This document shows positions 39,324-54,166 of a stretch of 64,000 bases of DNA, piece after piece. The notes under the pieces were generated by a model, which was not told where the DNA came from, ran no database searches, and saw only the letters and a program-made list of their open reading frames with translations. Every line of letters starts with the position of its first letter. The stretch's first letter is position 1. Position numbers and translations under genes: made by a program. Source of the stretch: Chrysomallon squamiferum (lineage: Eukaryota > Animalia > Mollusca); the NCBI GenBank assembly GCA_012295275.1, contig CM022670.1:39370001-39434000 (forward strand), read 5' to 3'.

Positions 39324-40190
39324 TTAAAAGTCAGTGTTACTATCATTTCTCTTTTGTTAGTTAAAGTTCATCAAATTATTATCAAAAGTTGATATTCTGC
39401 CATTAAAGTGGTCATTCTTGGATTATTCAGGAAAGCTTTTGAATACAAAAGTGTAGATTACCTTGTTTTGGGCAGGGGTTTTGAGGTTGTGTTTTTACTT
39501 ATATATATATGATATTATATAAGTGTAGATTGCCTTATTTTGGGTAAGGTCTTTGGGGTTCTTTCATGTTTGTAATTTTAATGAAGGCAGATGTACAATA
39601 CAGAGGAACTAAACAAAAAATAATAATCGTTTGAGACTAATATTTTTAAAGATGATTTCTTGAAAACTGGTTTACTTACCTTTATTCAAATCTTAAAACA
39701 CACAGTTACATTTGTTTTTATATACAATAAGTGTTTTTATTCTTATGTTCTGAGAATAATTTTAGATATTTTCACTTCGCATTTCTGCATTTATATTAAC
39801 ATATTAAATTTTATTATTATTATTTTTTAACATCTTCATTAATATTTTATTTTTATTTTTAATTTACTAAAAAAAAATTATATATATAAGGCATTAGCTA
39901 AGACATTTTTTACTGTATTTTTGAAAGAAAAACTCTGTACATACTGTAAATCTATCTACATGTGCTGGTTGAATGGTCCAGTGTATTCCTGCTAGTAGTT
40001 TAATGTGGCTGACTGAATACCAGTGAAGTGCCAAGAACTGAATGTGTGAGATAAGAATCATGTGATTTCAGTATGAACAGCAGTTGAACAGATCTGTCAG
40101 TTCCAGTTCTTTTCTCAATGTATTCAGAGACAGAAAACTAAAATGTTAATATTTACACAGTCTTGTGTCAGCTTCTAAAGAATTTTTAAC

Positions 40191-40236
<46 letters not shown>

Positions 40237-40423
40237 TCAATTTCAGACATTTACTGAGAAGTTTGTAAAGTTCTTATATATGGCAATAACAAAAGTAAGT
40301 GAGCCAAACATGTATTTGAAAAATAGAATATAAATATTCCAAAAATAGAAGGGGAAATTTATTTAACTACTGTAAACCATTTGATCTTGGCAAATATCTT
40401 ATAGATGATATCATTATCATTAT

Positions 40424-40580
40424 ATGTCTTAATTATAAAAACATTAATAAATTAAAATGTCTTAATCATAAAAATATTAATAAATTAAAATGTCTTAAAT
40501 TATAAAAAATTTAATAAATTAAAATGTCTTAAATTATAAAAATATTAATAAATTAAAATGTCTTAGTTATAAAATCATTA
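40424..40580. repeat. 33-34 bp minisatellite, about 4.5 copies
   Basis: Unit atgtcttaa(a)ttataaaaatattaataaattaaa. Confidence 0.9.
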
Positions 40581-43199
40581 AAAAGTTATATCTGAGACTG
40601 GCAGAACTGTGATATACCTGTGGCTGCACTGTTCATATGCTTTAGACGGTTGTGAACTGGTTGTAAGATAAACACTTTATCAAAAATAATTAACACTTTT
40701 CCTATCTCCATTTATATCTGTGTTGGGAACATAACGACAAGAAAATATCTAATTTAACAGATACAAATGGTACAGTCAGTATTTCACAACTATATATCTA
40801 TATATATATATATATATAGCTTATTTGTGTGATATTTAAATCAGTTCAGAACATCTAGAGTTTCATTTCCAGCATATTGCTAATGTTATATAAATAAACA
40901 TGAAGTTTGATGGTTATATTCAAGAGTGGTTTTCATTGACTATTAATGAGCTTTAACAAGATTTGTGGAATCAATGAAATTTTAGCCAGCAGACGATTCT
41001 AAACTTATAAAATGCAATATTAAAATTTTACACATGTGAATCTTTGTTAGCTAATTTAATTTTACATTTTAATAAAACATTTTATACAGCTTGTTCTTTT
41101 GCTGGTGAATATTACTGTATCTGTGTAAATGTAAATTTAAAGGCTGAATGAAGTGTGAATAATTGTATACTGATAATTTTCACATAGCATTCTGAGGTGT
41201 CTAAAAAGTTCTAACATACAGTAATACAGTCCTGGTAGGTATGTTACTATTTGAAACAAAATAGTATCGATGATACAGAAAAACACAACACAATACAATA
41301 AATAAATAAATAAATAAATAAATAACCATAAAAGAATACATACTTAAAAATACTGTAAAAGCTTCAACACTTAATTTCGTATAATTTCACTATACAGTAT
41401 CAGAATCAAGACCATGTCTAAATAATGGATAAATATTTGTACACTTATATCATCCAACTTAATGGTCCAGAAACATTGTTTTTCATGAGCAGTCTTGTTG
41501 GAAACCAGTCAGTCATTAAACAGTGTTTATCAAACTTCCTGTTTATCTCTCATTGCCATGCTACCATTCGTCCACTCATTTTGCACATACACTGAATAGG
41601 GCTCTGATGTGAATGACTTCATTTTGTTTTTGATGATGTGTATTAGGACTTCTATTTATATTTTTGGTTTTGTTGGTTGTTTTTTTTTGGTTTTAAGACA
41701 TTTTCAGGACTGTTGTATTGCTTACAAATCACTATTAATGTTCTAATTATTTAATCAATTTTTTTAAATTTTTAAAAAAAAATATATTCCAAAATATTTC
41801 AGATCATTTTCATCTGATATACAAGAAAAGTTAGTACTAGCAGGCAGAATGTTTTAAGTTTTGTTTACAAGTTCGAGGTGCATTCAGGGTGATTGCACAA
41901 ACATCTAAATTTGCATAAAATGATCTGCATCATATAAATAAACTCACCTTTAATCCTGTTTATTATACAGAAAGACTAACATCCAAGAATATTTTCGTAA
42001 GTTGAGTGAACAAAACAAACCTAACATCATATTGGAATTTGATTATAATACAGAGTCCTGGGTATGTAGGTGAAACATAACTTTGCGAGAATGACTGAAA
42101 TCTGAATTTATTCAGTATTATATTTCTTGTTGTTCAGGGTTTTTTGGGTGGTAATTTTTTTCTGTTACTAATTTTTATGAAAGTGTTACTGTAATACTAA
42201 TCTAATCAGTGGTGTTGGAAATGTCTTTTAATAACAAAAAATTAATTTTGAAACTGCAGCTTTCTTTCTTCTGTCAGTAGTTAAATTAATGATTTTAAAA
42301 ATAGATTTGATAAATACTTACATACAGAGTTTATAATAAACTGTAGGTAAATAATATTTGCTGTGTCAAAATAAAATAAATATTTAAAATTATTCAACAT
42401 CAGTATAATAATTCTATAAGAGACAAAAACAAAAGTTTAAATTTAATTAATATAAACAGTATGGTCAACAGATATAGATTTGAAATGTGATTTAAAAATA
42501 AGAAATGGTTATGAAATATTTACTAATGAAGTGTGCAATAAAGAGATTTTAAAATCAGATTTTATTATTTATAGTCTTTTATTATTTTTTTTTATTTAGT
42601 TTTTAAATATTATTATATTTAAACTTTCAGTATAAAAATTTTACCTCAATGTTTTGCAAATTTTGAATTTAGGTGCACAGTATTTTTGCATTTTTTAGAT
42701 TGCTACATGTTATGTTTTTTTTAGATGAAATTTTATTCTGATTTTTGGGGTGTTTTCACATCTTTTAAAAATAAAACTGCAGTGCCATGGAGAATGTCAC
42801 AGACATTTTTGATTTTCACAAATGTTTATTATTAATTGTTTTAAATTTTTTATTATTACTAATTTTGTGCACTAATGGAAAATGATATCCTGAGTTATGT
42901 AGATGTTCTGTACAGTTCTCCCACATTACCTCATTTTGTTAACAATAAAACTGATATTAAAATAATCTGTTCATTAATGTTACTGCATATGTTTCAAAGT
43001 TTGGTTTTTTATAGGGTATTTTGACTAATAAGTTATTTACAAATGGTTTAGTTTAAATCTGCTGTTTTGTTTTCTTTGTTTCATTTGTAAATGATTTTGT
43101 GGTATGTTCTTTTGACCAATATATTATTATAAGTGATGGCTGGCTTGATTTAAATCTGGTGTTTTGACTTACAAATGATTGTAAATAATTTCAATAAGT

Positions 43200-43530
43200 A
43201 CACTGACTAAAAAATTATGAAAAGTGATTCATGGTTTGGTTTAAGTGTGTAATATTTTCTAACAAATTATTAAAAATAATTCATGGTTAGATTCGAGTGC
43301 ATTATTTTGAGTAATAAATCATTAAAAGTGATTCATGGTTAGATGCAAATATGTTATTTTAATTAATAAATTATTAAAAATAATTTTCAGATTGTTTACT
43401 TGACCAACAAATTATTGAAGATTTTTTCATGGTTTGGTTTAAGTAGTACCACATATGGTATTTTGACAAATACATTATTAAAAAATTATTCATAGCTTGT
43501 TTCATTAATTGGTTTTGATTAACAAGTTAT
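43200..43530. repeat. Degenerate tandem repeat of about 53 bp
   Basis: Recurrent ttattaaaa(a)(g)tgattcatggtt(a/t)g. Confidence 0.7.
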
Positions 43531-45175
43531 TTTGCTTAAAATCACTTAATTTTATAGTTCAAATTATTACAGATGGTAAAAGATTTGGTTTAATTCTGTA
43601 TTCTGTGATTTAAAGTTTTTTCATCTCATTGTAATAAAAAAAATATTTTTGGTTTTGTATATTTTTTTATTTTTTGGTATTTCAGTCTTCATCAGTTCTT
43701 AAGTTGTATTTGAAAAATCTTTAATAATTTATGCCGAGTAGACCAAAATTATCAAATATTTGTAAAATTTATAAAAAATATTTTAAATCAAATGAAATTT
43801 TTTTTTTATCTTTTTGGAAACATACAAACAATGATCTTAGTTTCTAAAAAGAGATATGTAACTAAATTTATTAAAATGAAACAAAAAAGATGCAACATTA
43901 CAGGAATTTACATTTAAACTTGCCATAATAAATATGTAATGCATATACTTTTTTTTTTTGAATAACTATAATCAATTGCATGAGAATACCTGAGAACCAG
44001 GTAAAGAGTTTTTGATATGTTTTCATTAAATTCTGTAATAATAATATTAATAATATTTAAAAACAAATCAGCACCATCATTTCATAACTGTCATTCATGA
44101 AATAGCTAGTACATCCATTCCACAAGCACAACTATTTTCTGTGATACTTTTTATTCATTCTAGAAAAAATTAAAATCATTTTTATAGTAACAAATAACAT
44201 CAGTGACATTCATTTGCATTGTTCATTTGTAATCAAATATATAAAAAAGGTTTACCAATAATCAATTGTGTATGTCGTACTCTTCATCTTTGTTTTTTTT
44301 TTTAACCCTAAAATTTGACATAAGAATCTATTTCCTATATCCAGCATTTATTACAAAATTTACAGTGTGAAATTATGTATAGTAAATTAGTTTTCTCTTT
44401 ATTAGAATGAAAAAAGTCTTTCATATTATTTTGTAACTGAAACATTGGAGTGCATACATTTGTGTATTTTCTTGAATGCGTGCTAGTTTCTTTTCTATTA
44501 AAATCTTTATTATTTTGTAAAATCTAATTTGTAAATGCTACAATACTTTTGAGTATTTGAAACTGAATTATTCAATAAAGGTTTTTTTGTTGTTCACACT
44601 TGTTAACTTGGTGTTACTGGATCTTTTAAATTTTTGTCATTATTTTAACAACTAGGTTATCAAGGAACAAAATTTTACTTCAAAAAAAAAAAAAAAGTAA
44701 AATAAAATAGATAAATAAATAAAATTAAAATAATCTAAAAATAATATTCATTTATCTGAGAGGATTTGTTATTAAATCTTTTTAACTTTTGTTTTAACAT
44801 CCAGATGTTCAGACACTAATTTTACTTTATATTCATAGAGCAAGCCTTTTCGAAAAGGGCCACGCCTCCTGGCAGGAAAGCACCAATCATAATCAGTGAA
44901 ATATTTACTGCAGAGAACTGACATAGAAGAAAAATGCCTCTCTCAACAATGGAAACTAAATTGTTTTGTTCAAATTTTGATGTGTTTGAACAAGTTTTAT
45001 TTATAAAATAAATATTTTTTCTTCCATCCTAAAATGAAATATTCAAAGGCATGTACTGGTTACAGAAAAATTACCCTATCATTCAAACTTCATATTCTTC
45101 AACACTGTTCTATGGTTTGTGAGTGAAAAAAAAGACAATAAAAACTGGTTATTTTTCTTTTTTTATAAATTATAT

Positions 45176-47635
45176 TTATTTCATTTTTTTGCTTTTGAAT
45201 TTTTTCTTTTTGGGTTTTTTCAGTTTCTTTTTTTCTGCCAATTTCTGACTCAGTGTGATCTTTTTCATCATAATCTGCTGCGCAGGCAGATCTCTCTTCA
45301 CTTTAGTCAAAGCATCTATCTCTGAAATAAATAAATACAAAAATTAATAAGTAAATAAATAAATAAATATTATCAGCTCACCAAAAATTAATCCAGTTAA
45401 ATAGAAGTAGAACACTGACAATTTACTAACAGCAATTTAAATTTCTCCATGTTGTTTCCATAATTGTGTCACAGTGGACAAATTAGAGTAAGAATCTTTT
45501 AAATGTAATATGTCAAATATACCTTGTTAAACAGTGTTAAAGATAAAAAATTAAAAACTCTGGTAACCTTTGGTTGTGGGCATAACCAGCCTGCCCATCT
45601 GCGTGGGAAATGTTGCAGAGAAAGTTCTGGGAGCCAGCGACTGCTTTAGCATCATTGTCAATTCTGACCTCATTTGTTTCAGTTTTTGTTGATGCTCTTT
45701 CTGTTCTTGAATGTCACCCATGTCCAAGCTTGTTGTGGTTAAGGACAATTTTATAACATTTGATATATGATTTTACAAATGTACCTTGATACGATTTAAA
45801 CAGAAAAACCATATCAGAGGATATAGCAACTCTGCCAAAAACTAAAATTGTAAGCATTTTATTTATATATTTTTTAAACTTTTCTCTAAAGATAAAAAAA
45901 GGGAAATTCTCTGCACGTACACCTATTATTTTAGTGTCATACATTATTATTAGGAAAGACTGATATCTAGACAAATAACACTGGAAGTATATAAATATAA
46001 AACAATTTAAACACCTGTATATATAACCAATATACATTATTATAAAACTTAAAGCTCTAAAAAATATTATCAAACATTTTAATATTTGTGAAAGAAAATT
46101 CCTCAAAAATTATTGTCAGAACGTGTACAAGAAATATTTTTAATTTTCCATCTGAATTTATCTGAATTTAGGATACAGTTCCTTTTCATCCAGCTCCATG
46201 TCTATGTCCTGTGCTGCCTTCTGAAACCATTCATTGTGCAGCTTCTTCTTTTTGAACCTGGAATAAACAAGACAGGACAATTAATTTATTTCACATATCA
46301 GTTTAACCTCATCAAGAAAACACTGAAAAGAGTATCAGAAGTAAATTTCTGTCATTCGCTGGTTCACATTCAAATTCAAACTGAACCTCATGTTCTGTAA
46401 AAAAGTGAACATTAAAAACAACATTACTTTAGTCTTACATTCTATAAAAAACTGATAAAAGAATTCTACATTAACTACTTCTGAAGGTTAAGCTTTGTAA
46501 TAAATTGTGCTGTAAAGTATGGATATAATTATGTACATATAATAAGTTTGTTTTAGGTTTTTTTTTTTATTATTATTTTTTTTAATGAACTTTATATAAA
46601 AGAAAACTACCTGAGTTCCTGAACGTCAATCTTTCTGGCCAGTGCAACTCGAGCTGTCAGGGCTGGCAGGTATTGCATTTCAACTGGAAACACAGGTATT
46701 TCCTCACCTGGAACCATTATTACATTTACGTTTAATTAACGTAATTATTTATAATAACAGATGAATAATATTATGTACAATGTCTTTAAATCATTCTCTT
46801 TATACAGTATTATGCTTATAAATAAGAAAAACGAAGAAAAGGAAAAAACCCAAATATACACCCCCTAAATAAAACCCAAGAAAACAACAACCCACATACA
46901 GTTTGTACCAAAAGTGTATTTTTTTATTTTTTTAAAAAGCAGAAAGAAAAGTTTTAGCAATTTGTTAATTAAACTAATATGATGAACATTTTAGAAAACA
47001 TAAAAACACTATAAAATTACAACAAAAAAAAAAAAAAAAAAATAAGAAAAAGGAAAATTACATAAATGTGTATGTGTGTATGTCTAACTATTAAAGAAAT
47101 ATTTAAAGAGCAGGTTTTTAATTTTAAAAAAAAAATGTACTGTAATGGAATTACTTATAAAAATATATAAAAACGGATAACTGCTTTAAATTAAATTAAA
47201 GCTTTCTTTGAAGAGAAAAAAATCCTTCAATGAAAAAAATTTAAATTTAAACCAGTATGAACTTGAAAACAAATCTGGGAACATAGCAGTCACAATTTTA
47301 GTAACCAGGCAAAAAACAAAACAAAAGCAATCATTAAGTGTTACAAAGGGAACTAACTCTTGTTAAGGTTTGCTATAATTTTCCTGTAGTTGCGAATGTC
47401 ATCCTGACCAATCAGCATCACACTCAAGCCTTCCTTTGACGCCCTGGCTGTCCTACCACTGCGATGTACGTAATTCTGAAACAACATGGTGAGTTTTTAA
47501 CTAACAAAACACGAAGTTTGTGAAATCAAAAAAATTGTATCATATAACAATATGTCCCCATAAATGTTTTATATTTTTTGTTACAGATTAAACAAAAAAA
47601 AATATTTGTAAGGAACACAAACAGATCTGCTTCTA

Positions 47636-47694
<59 letters not shown>

Positions 47695-50600
47695 GTATTA
47701 TTTTTAAAAAATATAATAAAAAATTATATTAGCTGAGTTAGACAATATAATATTAATAAAAAACAATCAGCAAACTGAAAAAGAAATAATTTCATTGGCA
47801 ACACTTAATCTGAACTATTTTTAACAAAAAAAGTAAATAAAAAAAAAAAAATAAAAAAAAAAAATAAAAAAAATTAAAAAAAATTAAAAAATAAAATAAA
47901 ATAAAGAAAAAAGCCTGTTACAAAGGAAAAGAAGAAAGCTTACTTCTATTGTGTGAGGGACTTGGTAATGTACAACATGATCCACATTTGGAATGTCCAA
48001 ACCACGAGCTGCCACATCAGAGGCCAACAACAAACTATTCTTGCTTGCTGAAACAAAATAAAAATGTTAAATTATAAACCATTTCATTTTAATTACACTT
48101 AAACAAACCATAACTTGAAAAAAAAAAGATTAAATGATTAACAACATCCAAGCTGTATATAATCAATACTCCTGGACATAAAACTGAATTAAAAAAAAAA
48201 TATATATATAAAATAAATAAAAATTCAAAAATGCATATTCAAAATACCAAATGGATGAGTTATAAGTTTAAACAATTCAGAACATAGAAAAATATCTTGA
48301 ACACAGTGAGTTTTAAGTTTAAAAACAACGTTACTATTAATACCTGTAAACTTGTCAAGATCTTCAGAACAGAGAGAAAGTATTTGATGTTTTAAGAAAC
48401 AACGTTTTTTAATATGTAAACTTGTCAAAATCAACACAGAGAAAGTACTATTAAACGTTACTATTAATACCTGTAAACTTGTCAAGATCTTCTGAACATA
48501 GAGAAAGTACTTGATGGTGAGTTTTAAGATTAAACAATGTTACTATTAATACCTGTAAACTTGTCAAAATCTTCAGAACACAGAGAAAGTATTTGATGTT
48601 TTAAGTTTATTAATACCTGTAAACTTGTCAAGATTTTTCAAACGCTGTCTCTGGTGCATGTCAGCATGCAGAGGAAGAGGTTGACAGGCGAGGATGTTGA
48701 AGATGGAGGTTAGACGTCGGATGCAGTCTTTGCTGTTTGCAAACACCAGAGTCCTGCCTGGGTGTTGTTTTATGATGTAGTACAGGTACACGTCCTGAAA
48801 ATTAAAATCACGTTTAAACACTGAGGCATCGTGTCCAAAATTCACCATTTCAATTTAGCATTTATTAATATAACAACAATAATTCGTTATTGGTATTTTG
48901 AAGAAGTCTAGTTTGATGAATAATAAAATGAATAAAAAACTGAATAATAATGAAGTGAATAACCTTTTCATCAGTACTGCAGTTGATTCTTGCCTCTGTC
49001 AGTGATTCTGCTGTGCCTGTCTGTGTGGTTACGTCTATCACCTTTGGCCGATCTTTTATTCCTATTGTTTTCATAAGTTTTTCTACAGACAGAAATAAAT
49101 GGATAGAAGTGTATATATATATATATATAACAGAAAAAATATTAATTCAAGGATTCTCAATTATAAAATAATAATGAAACAATTTTGTTTTGTTTTTTGA
49201 AAAATATTTAAAGAAGAGAAATACATAATTTTTCAAAAAAAAAATAAAAAATTCTTAAGAAATAAAAATTATTAAGAAATGAAAAACAATAGTGATGATA
49301 ACAGATTTATTAAGAAAAGAAGATTCTGCATAGTTTAAAAATAATTTCCATTGTTACCTAATTTTAGTTTGACATCCATCTTTTCCTTTTTCTTCTTCTT
49401 TCCAAGCTGTCTCTCTGGACCACTGTGCAGCATTGTCAGTGTGGCTGAAAATACAAATGTCTGACGCCTGGACCTGCTTTCTGAGTTACTAAACAAGATA
49501 AGAAAAACAGATCTCAGGACAAGTTAGATTAGTTTTGCCAAAGTTTCTTTTTCTTTTTTCTTTTTTTAAATGATAAACTGTCTCTTTTTTTAAAAATAAA
49601 TATGCATTTTACTTCAGAATCTGCAAAATGATCAAATCAAAATGATTCATTAGAACAATACCTAGATCTCTTATTATTAAGAATGTCCATCAGTTTAATG
49701 TGTAATACAGTGCATAGATATTTTTAAATGACCAGTTCATTTCAGGGTAGACAAGCATCAATAAATAAAATTTTAAATTTGCACAAATTGAAAAAAATAA
49801 AAAATAATAAAAGTAATACTGACTCTGAAGCATTGAGAAGTTCTAAGATGCCAGTTAGCTCCTCAAAATGTCCTTTCTCCACCATCCTGTCTGCCTCGTC
49901 AATAACCAGCTGGTGGGTTCCTTCTATTTTGGAAAGATGAGGTTCCCGCTAAAAACAATATTATCAGAATGCTTTATTAATCAGACTCAAAATTATGTAA
50001 GTTAAATGTTTGAAAGTTCAACATATTCAACAAAAAAAAAAAAAAAAAAAAAAAAGAATCCAAGAAATTTCATTTTATAAGAAATAAAAATACATCATCT
50101 GTGTAAGGAGAAGATAATTAAACTAAAAATAATTTTAATTAAAGAAAACAATTTTAAAAACTGTATCCAACAAATTAAAAAAAAAATCAAAAAAATCAAA
50201 TCCCACTAAAATAAATAGTTATTTTTATGTCTGACCTCTTGGATTAGTTCCCACAGTCGGCCTGGCGTGGCTATTACAATCTCTGGACAGCGACGGAGAA
50301 TTCTCTGCTGTTTTTGTGTCGACATTCCACCCACTATGGTGGCAATCTGCAAAAAATATATATCTATCTTCACTGGTGTTTCATTACAGCTTTCTTGATT
50401 ATCAACCAGTCAATCATTTTTAGTTTATTTACATGATGATGAAATATTTGTCTTTTGTGTAAGGTTACGGATATAAAATAATTCTGCCCTACTGATGATA
50501 AATAGTCCAAACTATGGTCACTGCTATTTTAACAGATGAATGAATGAATATTTAACGACACGCCAGCATGAAAAATGTATCAGCTATTGGCTGTCAAACG

Positions 50601-53600
50601 AAGGTAAATATAACAAAATGGTAAAAAGAAGTAAATAAACATTCAAAATTATTCAAAACACAATGTAAAGAGCTGTGAAAAAAAATCACAGTTTATAATT
50701 TATGGTAAAATTCCATAACTCTATAAAATTTTAAAACTAGTTCAGGATGGAATCAAAATAATTCCAATACATTTACTAAAGAAATATATATATATATATT
50801 AAAAAAGCATTTAAATAAACAAAATTTTATAAACATTTTGTTGTTACTTATCAACTATATAGTAGTAGCAGTACACTGAGACGAAAAAGCAAACACACCA
50901 AATCAAAAATAGTAGTTAAATGTAAATGGATGCAAAAGATACACAAAATTAACAATCCTTTCATTTCCAAAAATGTTTTCTTTACTGAAAGGGATGTTTG
51001 CACTCACCTGAATGTCAGTATACTTGGCAGCAGCCATCAGATGGTTTTTAACCTGAATTGCCAGTTCTCTGGTTGGCTCCAGTATTAACGCCATTAATGG
51101 TTTCGACCGTTTAGTTTCTTCCTCTTCTGCATACTCCTTGTCATCTTCAAACGTTATGTCATTAATCACTTTAGTACATCCTATCTGATCATCCTGTACC
51201 ATTCGTAAATTTGAAAAAACATATAAGTAAATAATAAGTAATTAAATTTTACTATAATAAAATGTTAGTAATTTATATTCAGATATGAATGCTTAATCTC
51301 TATATCCATACGAAGGATTCTCAATAATTTTCTGAAAATTTATTCTGATAAATATAAACAAATAATATCAAGTATTTTTAAAATAGTTTCTTGATACTTT
51401 TATGTAATATCAGTTTGCCTTGAATTTCAATCATTAATATGATTTAAATTTCAAAATAAATGCCACATTATATTAAATTCAAATGAACATGTTTTTTAAT
51501 TTAATTTATTTTTTTAAATTAGATGCTTTTTTAAGGATTAAGAAATTAAAATCAGATTTCTAATATTTATTCAATACATGTTCCCAGTTATTCATTGCTC
51601 ATATTAAATGACCAGTTATTGGTTATTTAACAAATATTGATACCTCGAGATCTATGACCTCCTCTTCAGGGGGATTGTCTAGCGGTTCACAGTCATCCAT
51701 TTCATCAGCTGCTGTCTTTGATGGTAGCGACAAGTTGTCAAAATCAATTTCTGTACTGTTCACATCACTTTCACCCTCATCATCATCACTTGACTCACTG
51801 CCTGAGTTATCTCCTCCTGTGTTATCACTGAGAGAGTTATCTCCCTCATTCTGATCATTAACAGAGTTGTCTCCCTCATTCTGATCATTAATAGAGTTGT
51901 CTTCCTCAGTCAAAATATTATTTGAGGTATCTGTAATTACTGTATCAGAGGTATCTGTAATTACTGTATCAGATGTATCTTCCTGTTCATAATCTAATAA
52001 TTCTGATGATGAATTGCCTTTCTGCTGCTCTTTGAAGTTTAGGATATGATGAAGAACAGGAATTCCAAAAGCAAGAGTTTTTCCACTTCCCTAAAATGCA
52101 AAAATATATATATTTTTAAAATCTGAGGACCTACACAGAAAACATATATTTACTTTCAAAATATCCATACAAAGAAATATACAAGACACTAAAAATTTAA
52201 TATGTAATACCGATTTTAGATTATTATCTGTTAATTTCCCAAGTGAACCATACAACAGCAAATTTGGGTGAATTAATAAAATAAAATGAAAAATTAAACC
52301 CAGAAATTCACACTTTTTAAAGGAAACTGTGTTTTAAATAAGAGTTTGAAGAAGTAGATTAATATTACTGTTTCTGCTGCTCCAATGATATCCATACGAT
52401 CTCTGATTGCAGATGGGAGAACCAAGGCTTGAATAGCAGTTGGTGCAGTAAAACCTTCGTCCCTGAGAGCCTTGAGTACAGGAAAAGGCACAAACAGTTT
52501 CTTCCATGCTGACATATCTTCAAAATAAAATAAAAAAAAAAAAAAAAAAATAAATTAAAGAAACAGAGTTAATTTCAAACTAATACATAATAATTAATCA
52601 ATCTGTTATTTTAAAAAAAATATTAAAAAAAAACAAAAAACAAGAGTTAGAAGTTAAATCTGATTATAACACTTTTTTTTTTTTTTTTTTTTTTTTTTAA
52701 TTGAAGTTAAATCTGATTATAACACCATTTTTTTTTACTTTTAGTATTATAATTAAAATTAACTGTATATGAAAGACATTTTACTGCTAATCAAAAAAAG
52801 CAACAAACCTGAAACAATTTGTTCAGGTGACACATTTTCAACTGGAGATGTTGAATTCTCCAATTTAGGTTCATCTTTATCAAGTTTAGCCTTCTTTGGT
52901 TTTCCTTTATTTTCTAAAATTAAAAATACTAACTGATAACAACCTGAAGTATATTTAAAAACAAATGAACAAAACATGTTGTTAATATAATAATTATACT
53001 CAAGGTAACTAAGTAATAGCTAGATTCAATGTTTCAAGGAAAGAATAATTTATCATCTTTGATATAAGGTAATTAATAATTACTTAACTAAACTAAGAGC
53101 ATATTGACTGAATTAATGTTTAGACATCACCTCTGTTATTTTAGTGTCAGACCTGTATAAAATAAATATAATTACTGAACTTTATCATTTTAAATACACT
53201 AAATTGTGACAAATATTGCTGTTAGTGTTTTCACAAAATGAATATTTCACCATCAGATGTTTTTTCGGTTTTCTTCCTTTTTCCGTTCTTCTTTGCATCA
53301 CCTTCTGATGGACTAACAGCATCATTTCCTGAACACAAATTTAAGTCAATGATATTGTCACTGGTAACAAATTTCCCAGTTTTCTTTGAGACTTTTTTAG
53401 ATACATTTTTGCTTTGTTTGAGTTTCCTATTTGCCTTGTGAGTTTTAGATATTTTTGCTTTGCTATCAGATTCTTTTTCATTCGAATCAACTAACTGAAT
53501 TTTCCCTTTCACTTTTAGCTTCTTCTTTTTCTTTCTTTTTGATTTGACTAAATCCTCTATGTCTGTTTTATTATTATTTCCATTTTTTTTAGAATTAAGT

Positions 53601-54075
53601 GAAAGAATTTTTTCATTCCCTTTTGGTTTCTTCTTTTTCTTTCCTTTTGATTTCCCTGAATCAGTTATAGAATTCTGGAAATTAAAAATAATGAAACAGA
53701 AATATTAAAATTATTTAAACACAAAGTAGTAATGTTTAATATATTGATTAATACATACACACAAATAGAAAGAATGATATAGAGATATCCATTTTATCCT
53801 GTACATAGACTATTTTATTTTTAAACTATTGTTTATCATGTATGGTCAGCAGCTGTGTGTTTTACCAGTAACACAGGAAAAACATTTTAATATGTTAAAC
53901 TGTCATGTGTATACATACAGAAAAACGGAATTAATTAAAAATGTTAAAAAATATAAATTAAAACTGACAATCTAAAACACCTAACAGAAGAAAATTGACT
54001 ACTGTGATTATAACTAAGTCTAAGATAAGTTATTAAGATTACTGAGCCATTCAGATGATCCAGTGATCCATAAAA

Positions 54076-54166
<91 letters not shown>

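Noticed and set aside
44845-44858. Palindrome CCTTTTCGAAAAGG resembling a histone stem-loop or terminator
   Set aside because: Does not match the histone 6-bp stem and 4-nt loop, and there is no histone gene; likely chance.
46285-46400. Possible intronic C/D snoRNA in DDX24 (TGATGA and CTGA boxes on -)
   Set aside because: No good 5' C box or terminal stem and no identifiable guide; a snoscan or Infernal search would be needed.
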